A stretch of DNA of 64,000 nt from Halodesulfurarchaeum sp. (GTDB lineage Archaea > Halobacteriota > Halobacteria > Halobacteriales > Halobacteriaceae), in assembly GCA_034520565.1 (NCBI GenBank), contig JAXHNL010000002.1:928001-992000 (forward strand), in the 5' to 3' direction. The translations under genes and the position numbers were made by a program. Below, one piece after another: positions 9,475-19,824 of this stretch; the first letter of the stretch is position 1, and each line of letters opens with the position of its first letter. The notes below the pieces were generated by a model. That model was not told the origin of the DNA, searched no databases, and saw only the letters and a list, made by a program, of their open reading frames with translations.

Positions 9475-11379
9475 TCACCGGTTGAGCCACCACCAGCCGC
9501 CACCCAGCAGGCCGATTACAACGACCGCGAGTCCCGCGATCAGTATCGAGCTTCCCGTGGTCTCGCCCCCGCCATCGACGGTTATCGGCACGAGGTGTGG
9601 CCCATCGACCACCGTTCGGTCAGTCTCCGTTTCCGCAGTAAGGTTCAGGGCGAGCGTGTCGGTCGTCTCGATGCCATCCTCGGGGGTGGTAACCTCGAAG
9701 GCCACCACTGCTGATTCGCCCGGTTCGAGGCTCGCCACGTAGGCGGTCGGTGACTGGCTCTGGTATGGCGGTTGGGCTGTCAGGCTGGCCCGGATGTCCT
9801 CGAAGGACTCCGTGCCTTCGTTGGTAATCCGCACCCGGAGTTCGTTCGAGCTGTCGAGGTCGAAGGTGTTGTTCACCGGCTCGACGGTGAAGAGGTCCCC
9901 GGCGGTTGCCAGTTCGGCCCAGATCGTCGTGGTCTCGCTCCGGGCGGCCTGTCCGCCCTCGCCCGCGTATCTGACTTGTACCTCGAACGACTGGGAGGTC
10001 CGGTCGTCCCCAGCAACCCTGAGTTCGGCGCTCACTGTCGTCGATTCGCCCGTTCCGAGCGTGCCGACGGCGCTCCATCCATCGGTGACCTGCACGCCCG
10101 GGGTCCTCGAGGTGAGGGCGACGACCGCGTTTTCGATCGGTTGCTCGCCGGTGTTCGTCACCGTGGCCGAAAGCACCGGTCCCGGTCCAGTGTGGGTCAC
10201 GAAAACGTCGCTGTACTCGAACACCTCGACGGCTGTCACCGGGATTCCGACCGCGATCGGCCCGCTCTCGGACTGGATGCCGGCGGGATGCTCGAAGGCG
10301 AGAGTGGCTCGAATCGGAACCGACCCGGCCGAGACGGATTCGGCCGCGCCGACTGCCACGCTGACGGTCCGTTCCTCCGTTGGCGCCCATTCGCCGACGA
10401 AGTGCGTGGCCGCTTTCGCCCCGTCGAGCGTCAGGCCGGACCCGGTCGGTTCGAGGCGGAGCACGGCCTCACTGAGCGTCGTCTCCCCACGGTTCTCGAG
10501 TGTCAACTCGACGGTCCCGGTCTCGCCCGGTGAGACAGTCCCCGTGGTTTCAGCGACACCGAACCGGGTCGTTTCGGCCGGAGCGACCCCGATCGTTCGA
10601 GTCGGAGTTTGCGTCGTGATCCCGTTCGCGTTTCGATAGGACGGGGCCACCTGCAGGTCGTACGGCTGGGCCAGGGCCGCTCGCGTGGCCGTGACGGCGA
10701 CGGTCGCCCGGGCCGTGTCACCCGGTTCGAGGGTGCCGAGGAAGGTCGACGAACGGGCCTCGCCACCGACGGTCAGCGCCGCGTGCTGTGAGGAAAGCGC
10801 GACGCTCGCGTTCCGCGCCGGCTGTGAGCCGTCGTTTGCCATCGTGAGCGTCACCGTTCCGGTTTCGCCGGGATGGAGGTCGACGTCGACCGATTCGATC
10901 GCGAAAATCGGCCGTTCGGGAATCACGACCCTCGCCGTGACCGTCTCGGTCTCCCGTTCGTCGCCGTCGTATTCGTACGTAACCGCAAGTGGGAGGTGAT
11001 AGGTGCCGCCGGGAGCGCTGGCCGGAACCTCGATCCCGAGGTCGACGGTCGTGGATTCGCCGTCGGCGAGCCGGCCGAGCTGTCGTTCCCCGGAGGCGAC
11101 CTCGATCGGCGTCGATCCGCTCTTCGCCGTGACTTTCACGTTCGAAGCCGGTTTGACCTCGTCGTCGACGTCCGCGGCATCGTTCGTGAGCGTGACGGTG
11201 AGGGTCTGGGTTGCCCCCGGCTGGAGTTCCGGTTCGGGGACGCTCGTCTCGAACCGCGGGTCTTCGGCTGCCGAGACCGGCAGGACGAACAGGCTGCCGA
11301 CGACCAGGAGGACGAGCAACACGCCAAGGGCGCGTCGGGCCAGGGAGGGTGTGGAGGGCGAGAGGCGGTGACGCGACAT
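9475..11379 (-). CDS. COG1361 S-layer-domain / Ig-repeat surface protein
   Basis: Signal peptide, repeated beta-rich domains (..N.G...L.PGE), C-terminal TM anchor; coupled to the ABC exporter genes. Confidence 0.85.
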   Translation of the reverse strand: MSRHRLSPSTPSLARRALGVLLVLLVVGSLFVLPVSAAEDPRFETSVPEPELQPGATQTLTVTLTNDAADVDDEVKPASNVKVTAKSGSTPIEVASGERQLGRLADGESTTVDLGIEVPASAPGGTYHLPLAVTYEYDGDERETETVTARVVIPERPIFAIESVDVDLHPGETGTVTLTMANDGSQPARNASVALSSQHAALTVGGEARSSTFLGTLEPGDTARATVAVTATRAALAQPYDLQVAPSYRNANGITTQTPTRTIGVAPAETTRFGVAETTGTVSPGETGTVELTLENRGETTLSEAVLRLEPTGSGLTLDGAKAATHFVGEWAPTEERTVSVAVGAAESVSAGSVPIRATLAFEHPAGIQSESGPIAVGIPVTAVEVFEYSDVFVTHTGPGPVLSATVTNTGEQPIENAVVALTSRTPGVQVTDGWSAVGTLGTGESTTVSAELRVAGDDRTSQSFEVQVRYAGEGGQAARSETTTIWAELATAGDLFTVEPVNNTFDLDSSNELRVRITNEGTESFEDIRASLTAQPPYQSQSPTAYVASLEPGESAVVAFEVTTPEDGIETTDTLALNLTAETETDRTVVDGPHLVPITVDGGGETTGSSILIAGLAVVVIGLLGGGWWWLNR

Positions 11380-11552
11380 GATTGCAAACTCGCGTGGTGT
11401 CCCTATAAGCATGGGTGACTATTTGTTCAGTCCCGTCTGCTGGCATTCCTCGCCCGTTTGGACGGGGATCCGCAGAACTGTGTATCCGGCAAATATTCCG
11501 GGACGACCGCGGGTCGCCACCCTTATACCCCTATCCCGTGCTACGGAGGTGC

Positions 11553-12428
11553 ATGCTGACGGTCACGGCTCCGGCGACGAGTGCGAATCTCGGGAGCGGC
11601 TTCGACGTCTTCGGCGTGGCGTTCGACCGTCCCCTCGACGTGGTCCGTGTCGAGCGGGCCGAAGCGACGACCCTCGAGGTCGAGGGCGTCGGGAGCCAGT
11701 ACATTCCGACAGATCCCGAACGCAACACCGCCGGGGTCGTCGCAGCGGAACTCGGCACCCCCGCGCACATCGTCATCGACAAGGGAGTCAGGCCGGCATC
11801 GGGGCTGGGCTCCTCCGCGGCCAGCGCCGCCGCGGCCGCCGTCGGGCTCTCGGAACTCTACGATACGGGTCACACCCGCGAGGAACTGGTCCGCATCGCC
11901 GCCGAGGGCGAGGCGGTGGTTTCCGGTTCCGCCCACGCGGATAACGTCGCGCCGGCGATCCTCGGCGGCTTTACAGTCGTCCGCGAGAACGGCGTCGAAT
12001 CCGTCGACGCGACGGTTCCGCTGGTCGCGTGTCTCCCGGAAACCGTCGTTTCGACCCGGGAGGCCCGGCAGGTGCTTCCCGAGCGGGTCGACCTCTCGGC
12101 GATGACCGAGACGGTCGGCAACGCCGCCACGCTCACGATCGGCATGCATCGCAACGATCCGGAACTGATCGGTCAGGGGATGGCCGAGTCGGTGGTCACG
12201 CCGGCCCGGGCGGCACTCATCGACGGCTACGACGAGGCCGTCGCGGCGGCCAAAGCCGCCGGCGCGACGGGGGTCACCGTGAGTGGGGCGGGGCCAGCCC
12301 TGCTTGCCGTCACCCACTCCGGGGACCAGCGAGCGGTCGCGGCCGCAATGGTCGACGCCTTCGAGGCAAAGGGGATCGAGGCCAGAACGTTCTCGACGAT
12401 GATCGGGGACGGCGCGCAGATTCACTGA
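11553..12428 (+). CDS. thrB: Homoserine kinase
   Basis: APATSANLGSGFD, GHMP motif PASGLGSSAAS, HADNVAPA, SGAGP; GGAGGTG SD before the ATG. Confidence 0.96.
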   Translation: MLTVTAPATSANLGSGFDVFGVAFDRPLDVVRVERAEATTLEVEGVGSQYIPTDPERNTAGVVAAELGTPAHIVIDKGVRPASGLGSSAASAAAAAVGLSELYDTGHTREELVRIAAEGEAVVSGSAHADNVAPAILGGFTVVRENGVESVDATVPLVACLPETVVSTREARQVLPERVDLSAMTETVGNAATLTIGMHRNDPELIGQGMAESVVTPARAALIDGYDEAVAAAKAAGATGVTVSGAGPALLAVTHSGDQRAVAAAMVDAFEAKGIEARTFSTMIGDGAQIH

Positions 12429-12895
12429 TCGACGCCGTGGGAACGATCGACATCGTGGGAATGCTCGTGTTGGGTATCCACCCGATCCGCCTCGACGACG
12501 GTCAGCTTGACGTTGTGGACGCCCTGTAACGGCCGAAGACGGGAGACCAGCGACTCGATTCGCTCGCCCGGACCGTCGACAGCGATCGACTCCAGACAGA
12601 GGTCGTGGCTGAGGTGGACGTGATGGACGGCGATGATTGTCTCGGTGAAGTCGTGTTGGAGTTCGGTCATCGTGTCGGTCACGTCCCCGTGCTCGTGCTC
12701 GAAGAGGACCACCACCGTCCCGCTGAGATTGCCGGAGAGCCCGGTCTGCTGTTTGAACTCCGTGAGAAACGCCCTGAGTGCGTCCCGTGTCGCCTCGGAC
12801 CGGCTGTCGTACGCTCCGGCCTCGACCACCGCGTCGAGTTCGGCGAGGAGTTCCGGCGGGAGCGTGACTGACATCCGGTCGACGTCCCTGCTCAT
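12422..12895 (-). CDS. nikR: Nickel-responsive regulator NikR family (RHH + ACT-like)
   Basis: RMSVTLP...SRSEA.RDA RHH; QH...HHVHL...CLESI nickel-site residues; His-rich tail. Confidence 0.85.
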   Translation of the reverse strand: MSRDVDRMSVTLPPELLAELDAVVEAGAYDSRSEATRDALRAFLTEFKQQTGLSGNLSGTVVVLFEHEHGDVTDTMTELQHDFTETIIAVHHVHLSHDLCLESIAVDGPGERIESLVSRLRPLQGVHNVKLTVVEADRVDTQHEHSHDVDRSHGVDQ

Positions 12896-12961
12896 GGGCG
12901 TGTCTTTTTCGGGCACCGAGTTAACTGTGCCCGTGAGTTAGAACCCGACGCGACTCCCGAT

Positions 12962-13951
12962 CTATCGGTCCGACAGCCGGTCGAGAATGGCCTTCGTGAC
13001 CGACTCGGTCGTCCCGTTTCCACCCAGGTCGGGGGTCCGCGGGCCGGATTCGAGGGTGTCCTCGACGGCGGAACGAACCCGTTTGGCGGCTCCGTCCTCG
13101 CCGAGATACTCGAGCAACATCGCCGCGCTCAACACCATCGCGCTCGGGTTCGCGATCCCCTCGCCGGCGATGTCGGGAGCCGATCCGTGGACCGGCTCGA
13201 AGAGGGCCCGGTCCGGGCCGACGTTCGCGCTCGGAAGCAGACCGAGGCCGCCGACCAGGCCCGCCGCGAGGTCCGAGAGCACGTCCCCCGCGAGATTGGG
13301 GGTGACGATCACGTCGAACTCCTCGGGGCGGAGGATGAGGTGCATCGCGAGTGCGTCCATGAGCACCTCGTCGGTCTCGACGCCGCGGTTCTCCGCGACC
13401 CGAGCGACGGCGTCCCGGAACCGGCCGTCGGTCTCGCGCATTACGTTTGCCTTGTGGGCGATCGTGAACGCGTCGAGGCCGCGATCGGTCACGTACTCGC
13501 AGGCGTATTCCGCGAGCCGCTCCGAGGCATCGTCAGTGACGACCCGTGTCAGCGTGCTCAGGTTCTCGGAGAGTCGGTCCTCGTGGCCCGAATACACGCC
13601 CTCGGTGTTCTCCCGGAGGAAGACGAGGTCGGTGTCGGGTTTGACTGCGTCGACGCCGGGATAGGTTCGGGCCGGCCGCACGTTGACGAACGAATCCACG
13701 GCCGACCGGAGCGGGAGGATGACGTCTGCGGCGGTCTCACCGGCTGCGCCGAAGAGCGTGGCGTCGGTCGAGGCGGCCAGTTCCCGGGTCTCCTCGGGGA
13801 GTGGGTCACGGCCCTCCGCAGCCACGTGGTCGCCTGCCTCCGCCTCGACGAACTCGACGTCCACGTCGACGGCTTCGAGAACCGACACGGCAGCCGGCAT
13901 GACCTCGTTCCCGATGCCGTCCCCCGGGATCACGCACACTTCGACGGTCAT
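12962..13951 (-). CDS. leuB: 3-isopropylmalate dehydrogenase
   Basis: [35 protein letters not shown]; operon context. Confidence 0.93.
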   Translation of the reverse strand: MTVEVCVIPGDGIGNEVMPAAVSVLEAVDVDVEFVEAEAGDHVAAEGRDPLPEETRELAASTDATLFGAAGETAADVILPLRSAVDSFVNVRPARTYPGVDAVKPDTDLVFLRENTEGVYSGHEDRLSENLSTLTRVVTDDASERLAEYACEYVTDRGLDAFTIAHKANVMRETDGRFRDAVARVAENRGVETDEVLMDALAMHLILRPEEFDVIVTPNLAGDVLSDLAAGLVGGLGLLPSANVGPDRALFEPVHGSAPDIAGEGIANPSAMVLSAAMLLEYLGEDGAAKRVRSAVEDTLESGPRTPDLGGNGTTESVTKAILDRLSDR

Positions 13952-14595
13952 CGTGCCTCCGGGATCTCTCCGCTCTCGATGTAGGGAAGTGCCTGGGCTC
14001 GCTCGCGGACCGCCTCGAAGTTCGCCCGCATGACGGCGGTCGTGTCCCAGGTCCCCTCGGAGAGCGCCTGCTGCTGGGCGCCGTCGATCTCGACGTCGAT
14101 GGTCGTGTCGCCGTAGGTCACGGTGGCCGCCTCGACGTCGATCTCGATCTCGCCGTCGGGATTGTCCTCGATCCAGTCCTGAATTTGTGTGACCGTCTCG
14201 GTGTCTGCAGTCACCGTCGGGAGTCCCAGTGCGAGACAGTTCCCGCGGAATATCTCGGCGAAGGACTCGCCGATCAGGCCCTGGATGCCCCAGCGCATCA
14301 GCGCCTGTGGGGCGTGCTCCCGGGAGGATCCCGAGCCGAAGTTCGCGTTGACGGCCATGATCGAGGCCGTGCGGAACTTGTCGTCCTCGAGGGGATGGTT
14401 CTCGGCCTCGGCTCGCTGGTCGTAGAAGGCGTACTGGCCCAGTCCCTCGAAGGTGACGACCTTCATGAAGCGGGCCGGGATGATCTGGTCGGTGTCGATG
14501 TCGTTGCCGCGGATGGGAATGCCGGTTCCGGACACTGCCGGAATCCGCTCGGCTGGCGGTTCGTTTCCTCCCTTTCCGCCGTCCGTCCCGTTCAT
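13948..14595 (-). CDS. leuD: 3-isopropylmalate dehydratase small subunit
   Basis: [24 protein letters not shown]. Confidence 0.96.
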   Translation of the reverse strand: MNGTDGGKGGNEPPAERIPAVSGTGIPIRGNDIDTDQIIPARFMKVVTFEGLGQYAFYDQRAEAENHPLEDDKFRTASIMAVNANFGSGSSREHAPQALMRWGIQGLIGESFAEIFRGNCLALGLPTVTADTETVTQIQDWIEDNPDGEIEIDVEAATVTYGDTTIDVEIDGAQQQALSEGTWDTTAVMRANFEAVRERAQALPYIESGEIPEAR

Positions 14596-16010
14596 GCCGG
14601 TTTCACCTCCGTGAAGGAGCGGATATCAGTCACTTCTCCGGTCACCGCCGCCGCCGCGACCATCTGTGGACTCATGAGGACGGTCCGCCCGTCCTTCGAG
14701 CCCTGCCGTCCGATGAAGTTGCGGTTCGATGAGGAGGCAGATACTTCGTCGCCCTCGAGCTGGTCCTCGTTCATTCCCAGACACATCGAACAGCCCGCCT
14801 CGCGCCATTCGAAGCCGGCCTTGCGGAACACCTCGTCGAGTCCCTCGGCTTCCGCTGCGGCCTTCACTCGCTGGCTGCCGGGGACGACCATCGCCCGAAC
14901 ATCGGGGTGGACCTCCCGCCCCTCGAGCACCGCCGCAGCCTGTCTTAGGTCGGAGAGCCGGCCGTTCGTACAGGTCCCGAGGAACGCGACGTCGACGTCG
15001 TATCCGTCCATCGTTTGGCCCGGCTCGACGCCCATGTGCTCGTAGGCCTGCTCGGCCGTCTCCCGCTTGTCCGCGGGCAGGTCCTCGGGCACGGGAATTG
15101 GCTCCGAGATGCCGACGACTTGCCCCGGGTTGATGCCCCAGGTGACCGAGGGCTCGATCGCGGACCCGTCTATCTCGACTACGTCGTCGTAGGTTGCATC
15201 TGGGTCGGAGCTGATCGATTCCCAGTAGGCTTTGCGCTCCTCGAGGGCCTCGCCTTCGGGGACTGCCTCCCGTCCCTCGAGGTACTCGTATGTGGTCTCG
15301 TCGGGGTTGACGTAGCCGGCACGTGCGCCACCCTCGATTGACATGTTACACAGCGTCATCCGCTCGTGCATCGACATCGACTCGACCACGCTCCCCCCGT
15401 ACTCGTAGACGTAGCCGACACCGCCGTCGGTGCCCAACTCGCGGATGATCGACAGTACCACGTCCTTCGCGGTGACGCCCTCGCCGAGCTCGCCGGTCAC
15501 CTCGATCTTTCTGACCGCCTGTTTCTCCATCGCGACCGACTGGGTCGCGAGCACGTCCCGGATCTGGCTCGTGCCGATCCCGAAGGCCAGGGCCCCGAAC
15601 GCGCCGTGGGTGGCGGTGTGACTGTCTCCACAGACGATCGTCATGCCCGGCTGGGTCAACCCCTGTTCCGGACCGATGACGTGGACGATGCCCTGGTTGC
15701 CGGTCTCGGGGCCGGAGAATCGGATGCCCGCTTCCCGCACGTTCTCCTCGAGTTCTTCGAGCATCGTCTCTGCGGCCCCGTCCCCGAACGGCCGCGAGCG
15801 GTCCCCGGTCGGGACGATGTGATCGACGGTCGCGTGGGTCCGCTCCGGGAAGGCCACCTCGAGAGACCGCTCCCGGAGCATGCCGAATGCCTGCGGGCTC
15901 GTGACCTCGTGGATCAGGTGGAGGCCCACGAACAGCTGGTCCTGGCCCGTCGGAAGCGTTTCGACGAGGTGCTCGTTCCAGACGTGATCGTAGAGGGTGC
16001 CCTCACTCAT
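14592..16010 (-). CDS. leuC: 3-isopropylmalate dehydratase large subunit
   Basis: [34 protein letters not shown]; start MSEGTLY overlaps the ilvC end. Confidence 0.96.
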   Translation of the reverse strand: MSEGTLYDHVWNEHLVETLPTGQDQLFVGLHLIHEVTSPQAFGMLRERSLEVAFPERTHATVDHIVPTGDRSRPFGDGAAETMLEELEENVREAGIRFSGPETGNQGIVHVIGPEQGLTQPGMTIVCGDSHTATHGAFGALAFGIGTSQIRDVLATQSVAMEKQAVRKIEVTGELGEGVTAKDVVLSIIRELGTDGGVGYVYEYGGSVVESMSMHERMTLCNMSIEGGARAGYVNPDETTYEYLEGREAVPEGEALEERKAYWESISSDPDATYDDVVEIDGSAIEPSVTWGINPGQVVGISEPIPVPEDLPADKRETAEQAYEHMGVEPGQTMDGYDVDVAFLGTCTNGRLSDLRQAAAVLEGREVHPDVRAMVVPGSQRVKAAAEAEGLDEVFRKAGFEWREAGCSMCLGMNEDQLEGDEVSASSSNRNFIGRQGSKDGRTVLMSPQMVAAAAVTGEVTDIRSFTEVKPA

Positions 16011-17013
16011 CGTCGGCCCACGCGAACATCGATCGCAGTCGTTCGCCGACGTCCTCGATCTCGTGGTTCTCTTCGGCGTTTCGCTGCTGGGTGTAGGCCG
16101 GGCGCCCGGCCTGGTTCTCCGCGATCCACTCGCGTGCGAACTCGCCGTTCTGGATCTCCTCGAGGATCGCCTCCATGTTTGCCTTGACGTCCTCGTCGAC
16201 GACGACGTCTCCGCGGGTGAGTCCGCCGTATTCGGCGGTATCCGAGACCGAGTTCCACATCTCACCCAGCCCACCCTCGTACATCAGGTCGACGATGAGT
16301 TTGAGTTCATTGAGGACCTCGAAGTAAGCCATTTCGGGGCTGTAACCGTTCTCGGTGAGGGTCTCGTAACCGGTCTTGACGAGGCTCGTGACGCCGCCAC
16401 AGAGGACGGCCTGCTCGCCGAAGAGGTCGGATTCGGTCTCCTCCTGGAAGCTGGTCTCGATGACCCCTGCTCGTGCACAGCCGATGCCCTGCGCGTAGGC
16501 CAGTGCCTCCTCGAGGGCCTCGTCGGTGGCGTCCTGGTAGATCGCGACCAGTGCCGGAGTTCCCTCGCCGGCCTCGTAATTGCGCCGCACGAGGTGACCG
16601 GGACTCTTCGGTGCGACCATCGTTACGTCGACGCCCTCGGGCGGTTCGATCTGGTTGTAGTGGATGTTGAACCCGTGGGCGAACTGGAGGGTGTCTCCGG
16701 GATCGAGTTCGGGTTCGATCTGCTCGTAGACTGCGGGCTGGACCGTATCGGGGACCAGCATCGAGACGACGTCGGCCTCGGCGGCTGCCTCCGTCGGCGT
16801 CGCGACTCGGAGGCCGTCTTCTTTGACTGCGGCCCGTGTATCCGAGCCGGCTTTGAGCCCGACGACCACGTCGACCCCGCTCTCAGCGAGGTTCTGTGCG
16901 TGGGCGTGGCCCTGGCTGCCGTAGCCGAGGACGGCGACGGTCTTCTCGGTGATCTTGGAACTGTCCGCGTCTTCGTCGTAGTATACCGGTCGGGTGAATT
17001 CGTCGTCTGTCAT
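16003..17013 (-). CDS. ilvC: Ketol-acid reductoisomerase
   Basis: [44 protein letters not shown]. Confidence 0.96.
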   Translation of the reverse strand: MTDDEFTRPVYYDEDADSSKITEKTVAVLGYGSQGHAHAQNLAESGVDVVVGLKAGSDTRAAVKEDGLRVATPTEAAAEADVVSMLVPDTVQPAVYEQIEPELDPGDTLQFAHGFNIHYNQIEPPEGVDVTMVAPKSPGHLVRRNYEAGEGTPALVAIYQDATDEALEEALAYAQGIGCARAGVIETSFQEETESDLFGEQAVLCGGVTSLVKTGYETLTENGYSPEMAYFEVLNELKLIVDLMYEGGLGEMWNSVSDTAEYGGLTRGDVVVDEDVKANMEAILEEIQNGEFAREWIAENQAGRPAYTQQRNAEENHEIEDVGERLRSMFAWADDE

Positions 17014-17600
17014 GTGGTGGATTGCGTGCCGCTGGCGAGGGCGGCGGTGCCCGTGCGGGCGACTTCGTGTACGCCGAACTGTTCGAACGCCTCGATCGCG
17101 GCGTCGATCGCTGCTTCCGTGCCCGTCAATTCGACCGTGAGGATTCCGTCGTCGCATTGGAGGGTCTGCCCGTCGTACATCTCCGCGAGCGCGGCGACCC
17201 CTGCCGGGTCGTCGCCGTCGACCTTGATGAGTGCGAGTTCGCGCTCGACGGCTCCCCTGACTTCCCGGACCGACCAGGCGTGTACCTCCTTTCTGAGCTG
17301 CCGTTTGGCCTGCTCGATGCCCGGTTCGTCCTCCTCGACGACGATGGTCATGCGGGCTTTCGACTCGTCGATGGTCGGCCCGACGGTTAGACTCTCGATG
17401 TTGAGCTGTCGTCGCGCGAAGAGCCCGGACACGTTGGCCAGGACGCCGGGCTCGTGATCGACGAGCGCCGAGATCACGGCCCGCCGCTCCTCGAGTTCGG
17501 CCTCGGCCTCCGGGTCGATCCGGATCCCCTGGGCGTTCCGGCGGCCGGCGGGCATCTCCCGTTCGTCGGGAGCGGCCCCTTGCATCCGTTCTCCCGTCAT
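17010..17600 (-). CDS. ilvN: Acetolactate synthase small (regulatory) subunit
   Basis: ACT domain [26 protein letters not shown]; ERELALIKV; EVARTG. Confidence 0.93.
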   Translation of the reverse strand: MTGERMQGAAPDEREMPAGRRNAQGIRIDPEAEAELEERRAVISALVDHEPGVLANVSGLFARRQLNIESLTVGPTIDESKARMTIVVEEDEPGIEQAKRQLRKEVHAWSVREVRGAVERELALIKVDGDDPAGVAALAEMYDGQTLQCDDGILTVELTGTEAAIDAAIEAFEQFGVHEVARTGTAALASGTQSTT

Positions 17601-19387
17601 AGGTGATCGGCCCCCAGTGCGAACCGCGCGTTGTTGCCACCGCTTGGCACCATCGGGTACACGTCCGCCACGGGATCGACGTGGAAGTCGATCACCGAGG
17701 GGCCGTCGTAGGCGAGTGCCTCGTCGATCGCGTCCGGCACCTCGTCATAGCCCATCACTCGCAGCCCCTGGGCCCCATAGGCCTCCGCCAGCGTCGCGAA
17801 GTCCGGGCCCCAGTCCCACTTGCTCTCGTAGCGCCGTTCGTCGTAGAAGGCGTCCTGCCACTGCCGGATCATCCCGACGTAGCTGTTGTTCAGGATGGCG
17901 ACGGTGATGTCGAGTTCCTCTCGCACCGCCGGCGCGATCGCCTGGCTGGTCATCAGGAAGGAACCGTCGCCCTCGAAGGCGATGACCTGCTTCTCGGGGG
18001 CGGCCAGTTTGGCCCCCACTGCAGCAGGAGCGCCATAGCCCATCGTTCCCAGCCCGTTCGAGGAGACCCAGGTCCGGGGCTCCGTGTAGGTCCAGTACTG
18101 GGCGGCCCACATCTGGTGTTGCCCGACGCCGGTGGTGACGATCGCGTCGTCGGCTGCGGCTTCGTTCATCGCTTCGACCACGAACTGCGGTTTCAGCGGC
18201 TGGTCCTGTGGCGTCTCGTAGCCCATCGGATACTCGGCTTTCCACGATTGAGTGCGGTCCCGCCACGCATCGGCCGGCGGTTCGGTCGGCATGGCCCCGT
18301 GTAACTGCTCGAGAACCGCCCCGGCGTCGCCGATGAGCGGGTACTCGGCGTGGATGTTCTTCGAAATCTCGGCCGGATCGATATCGACGTGGATGACTTC
18401 TGCTCCGGGTGCGAACGTCTCGATGCCGCCGGTCAACCGGTCGTCGAAGCGGGTGCCCACACCCAGCAGCACGTCGCAATGGCTCAACGCCATGTTGGCG
18501 TAGCCAGTCCCGTGCATGCCGCCCATCTCCATCGCGAGTGCGTGGTCCTCCGGGAAGGAGCCCAGGCCCGGCATGGTCGTGACGACCGGGATGCCGTACT
18601 CCATGGCGAATTCCCGGAGTTCCTCGCTCGCCTCGCCCTTGATCACGCCACCGCCGGAGAGGATGAGCGGTCGCTCGGCGTTCGCGAGTGCCTCGGCGGC
18701 CGCAGCAACCGTCTCGGAGTCGGCCTCTGGGCCCGGCACCTGATACGATTCGGGCGTGGTCGGCATTGACGGCTCGACGTCGGTTTCGCCCTGTGTCACG
18801 TTCTTGGGGAGATCCACCAGCGTCGGCCCCTGCCGTCCCTCCTTGGCCAGCGCCATGGCGGTTCCGACGTCGTCGCCGACGGAGTCGGGATTCGTGGCAA
18901 AGATGTTGGCCTTGGTGATCGGGGCAGTGATGCCCATCGTGTTCGTCTCCTGGAAGGCGTCGTTACCGACCATCTCCTGGGCGACCTGGCCGGTCAGCGA
19001 GACGACCGGGTCCGAATCCAGGTTGGCGTCGGCGATCCCCGTGACCAGGTTCGTCGCGCCCGGTCCCGAGGTGGTGATCGTTACCCCGGGATCGCCCGAG
19101 ACGATCCCGTAGGCGTCGGCCGCGTGGGACGCACCCTGTTCGTGGGCCATCGAGACGTGGTGGATGTCCGAATCGTGGAGGGCGTCGTAAACCGGCATGA
19201 TCGCCCCGCCCTGCACGCCGAAGGTTATCTCGACGTCGGCTTTCTCGAGGGCCGTGACGACCGAGTGGGCGCCGGTCGTCTGTTCCTCGTCTGCAGTCGT
19301 TTCACTCGTTTCACCTGTTTCGGCCGGCGAGTCCGCTGACTCCGCCGGCGGGTCGGTCGGTTCCGGTTTCGGTTGGGGTTTGCTCAT
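17597..19387 (-). CDS. ilvB: Acetolactate synthase large subunit
   Basis: [35 protein letters not shown], ThDP motif GDGSF...NN. Confidence 0.96.
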   Translation of the reverse strand: MSKPQPKPEPTDPPAESADSPAETGETSETTADEEQTTGAHSVVTALEKADVEITFGVQGGAIMPVYDALHDSDIHHVSMAHEQGASHAADAYGIVSGDPGVTITTSGPGATNLVTGIADANLDSDPVVSLTGQVAQEMVGNDAFQETNTMGITAPITKANIFATNPDSVGDDVGTAMALAKEGRQGPTLVDLPKNVTQGETDVEPSMPTTPESYQVPGPEADSETVAAAAEALANAERPLILSGGGVIKGEASEELREFAMEYGIPVVTTMPGLGSFPEDHALAMEMGGMHGTGYANMALSHCDVLLGVGTRFDDRLTGGIETFAPGAEVIHVDIDPAEISKNIHAEYPLIGDAGAVLEQLHGAMPTEPPADAWRDRTQSWKAEYPMGYETPQDQPLKPQFVVEAMNEAAADDAIVTTGVGQHQMWAAQYWTYTEPRTWVSSNGLGTMGYGAPAAVGAKLAAPEKQVIAFEGDGSFLMTSQAIAPAVREELDITVAILNNSYVGMIRQWQDAFYDERRYESKWDWGPDFATLAEAYGAQGLRVMGYDEVPDAIDEALAYDGPSVIDFHVDPVADVYPMVPSGGNNARFALGADHL

Positions 19388-19824
19388 TGGTTTCCGTGGG
19401 CGTGATCGGTCAGTTGCGAATCGATACCCGCTGTCCCGTTCGGATGGACCCTGCTCGGGGCAATATCGGCCTGCCGAACGAGACGATCTGGAGAAGGTGT
19501 TACTGGGGGCCCGGGGCCCCTACGATCGCGATGCTGGCCGCACATGCCACGGAAATCGACTGCTGGCGAACGTGGGCCATTGTATCCCCATAGTGGGAAA
19601 CGAGTCGATTTATGCGTTCCGGTCGGTCCGGATCGTGGGTCCGCGTTAGGTCCGGATCGTGGGTCCGCGTTAGGTCCGGATCGTGGGTCCGCGTTAGGTC
19701 CGGATCGTGGGTCCGCGTTAGATTCGGATCGTGGCTCCACGTTAGGCGCGGACCGCAGTCTCGCGTTGGACCGTGGTCCTGCGTGTATTGGCGGGCTTGC
19801 GGGCCCGTTCCGCCGGTGGCTCAT
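19384..19824 (-). CDS. Putative 146-aa disordered ORF bridging leuA and ilvB, containing PNADPRSG repeats
   Basis: ATG overlaps the leuA stop (ATGA, 19824-19821) and its TGA overlaps the ilvB start (ATGA, 19387-19384); composition is Arg/Pro-rich and atypical. Confidence 0.3.
   Translation of the reverse strand: MSHRRNGPASPPIHAGPRSNARLRSAPNVEPRSESNADPRSGPNADPRSGPNADPRSGPNADPRSGPTGTHKSTRFPLWGYNGPRSPAVDFRGMCGQHRDRRGPGPPVTPSPDRLVRQADIAPSRVHPNGTAGIDSQLTDHAHGNQ
19500..19580 (-). CDS. Putative leader peptide MAHVRQQSISVACAASIAIVGAPGPQ upstream of ilvB
   Basis: ATG about 30 nt downstream of TATA-like GCATAAA (19615-19609); Ile-Ala-Ile-Val codons run directly into a GGGGCC-CCG-GGCCCC hairpin. Confidence 0.45.
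   Translation of the reverse strand: MAHVRQQSISVACAASIAIVGAPGPQ
19625..19768. repeat. 24-bp tandem repeat (VNTR) GGTCCGGATCGTGGGTCCGCGTTA
   Basis: Four perfect copies (19625-19720) plus two degenerate copies, with no spacers. Confidence 0.92.

Noticed and set aside
14592-17640. ORF-track N-terminal extensions of leuC (16274) and ilvC (17640); the same applies to the regulator at 34074 and the lipoprotein at 60646
   Set aside because: The extensions overlap upstream genes in other frames; true starts were placed at the downstream ATGs
19625-19768. Possible CRISPR array
   Set aside because: The 24-bp units are head-to-tail with no unique spacers, and there are no cas genes, so this is a VNTR
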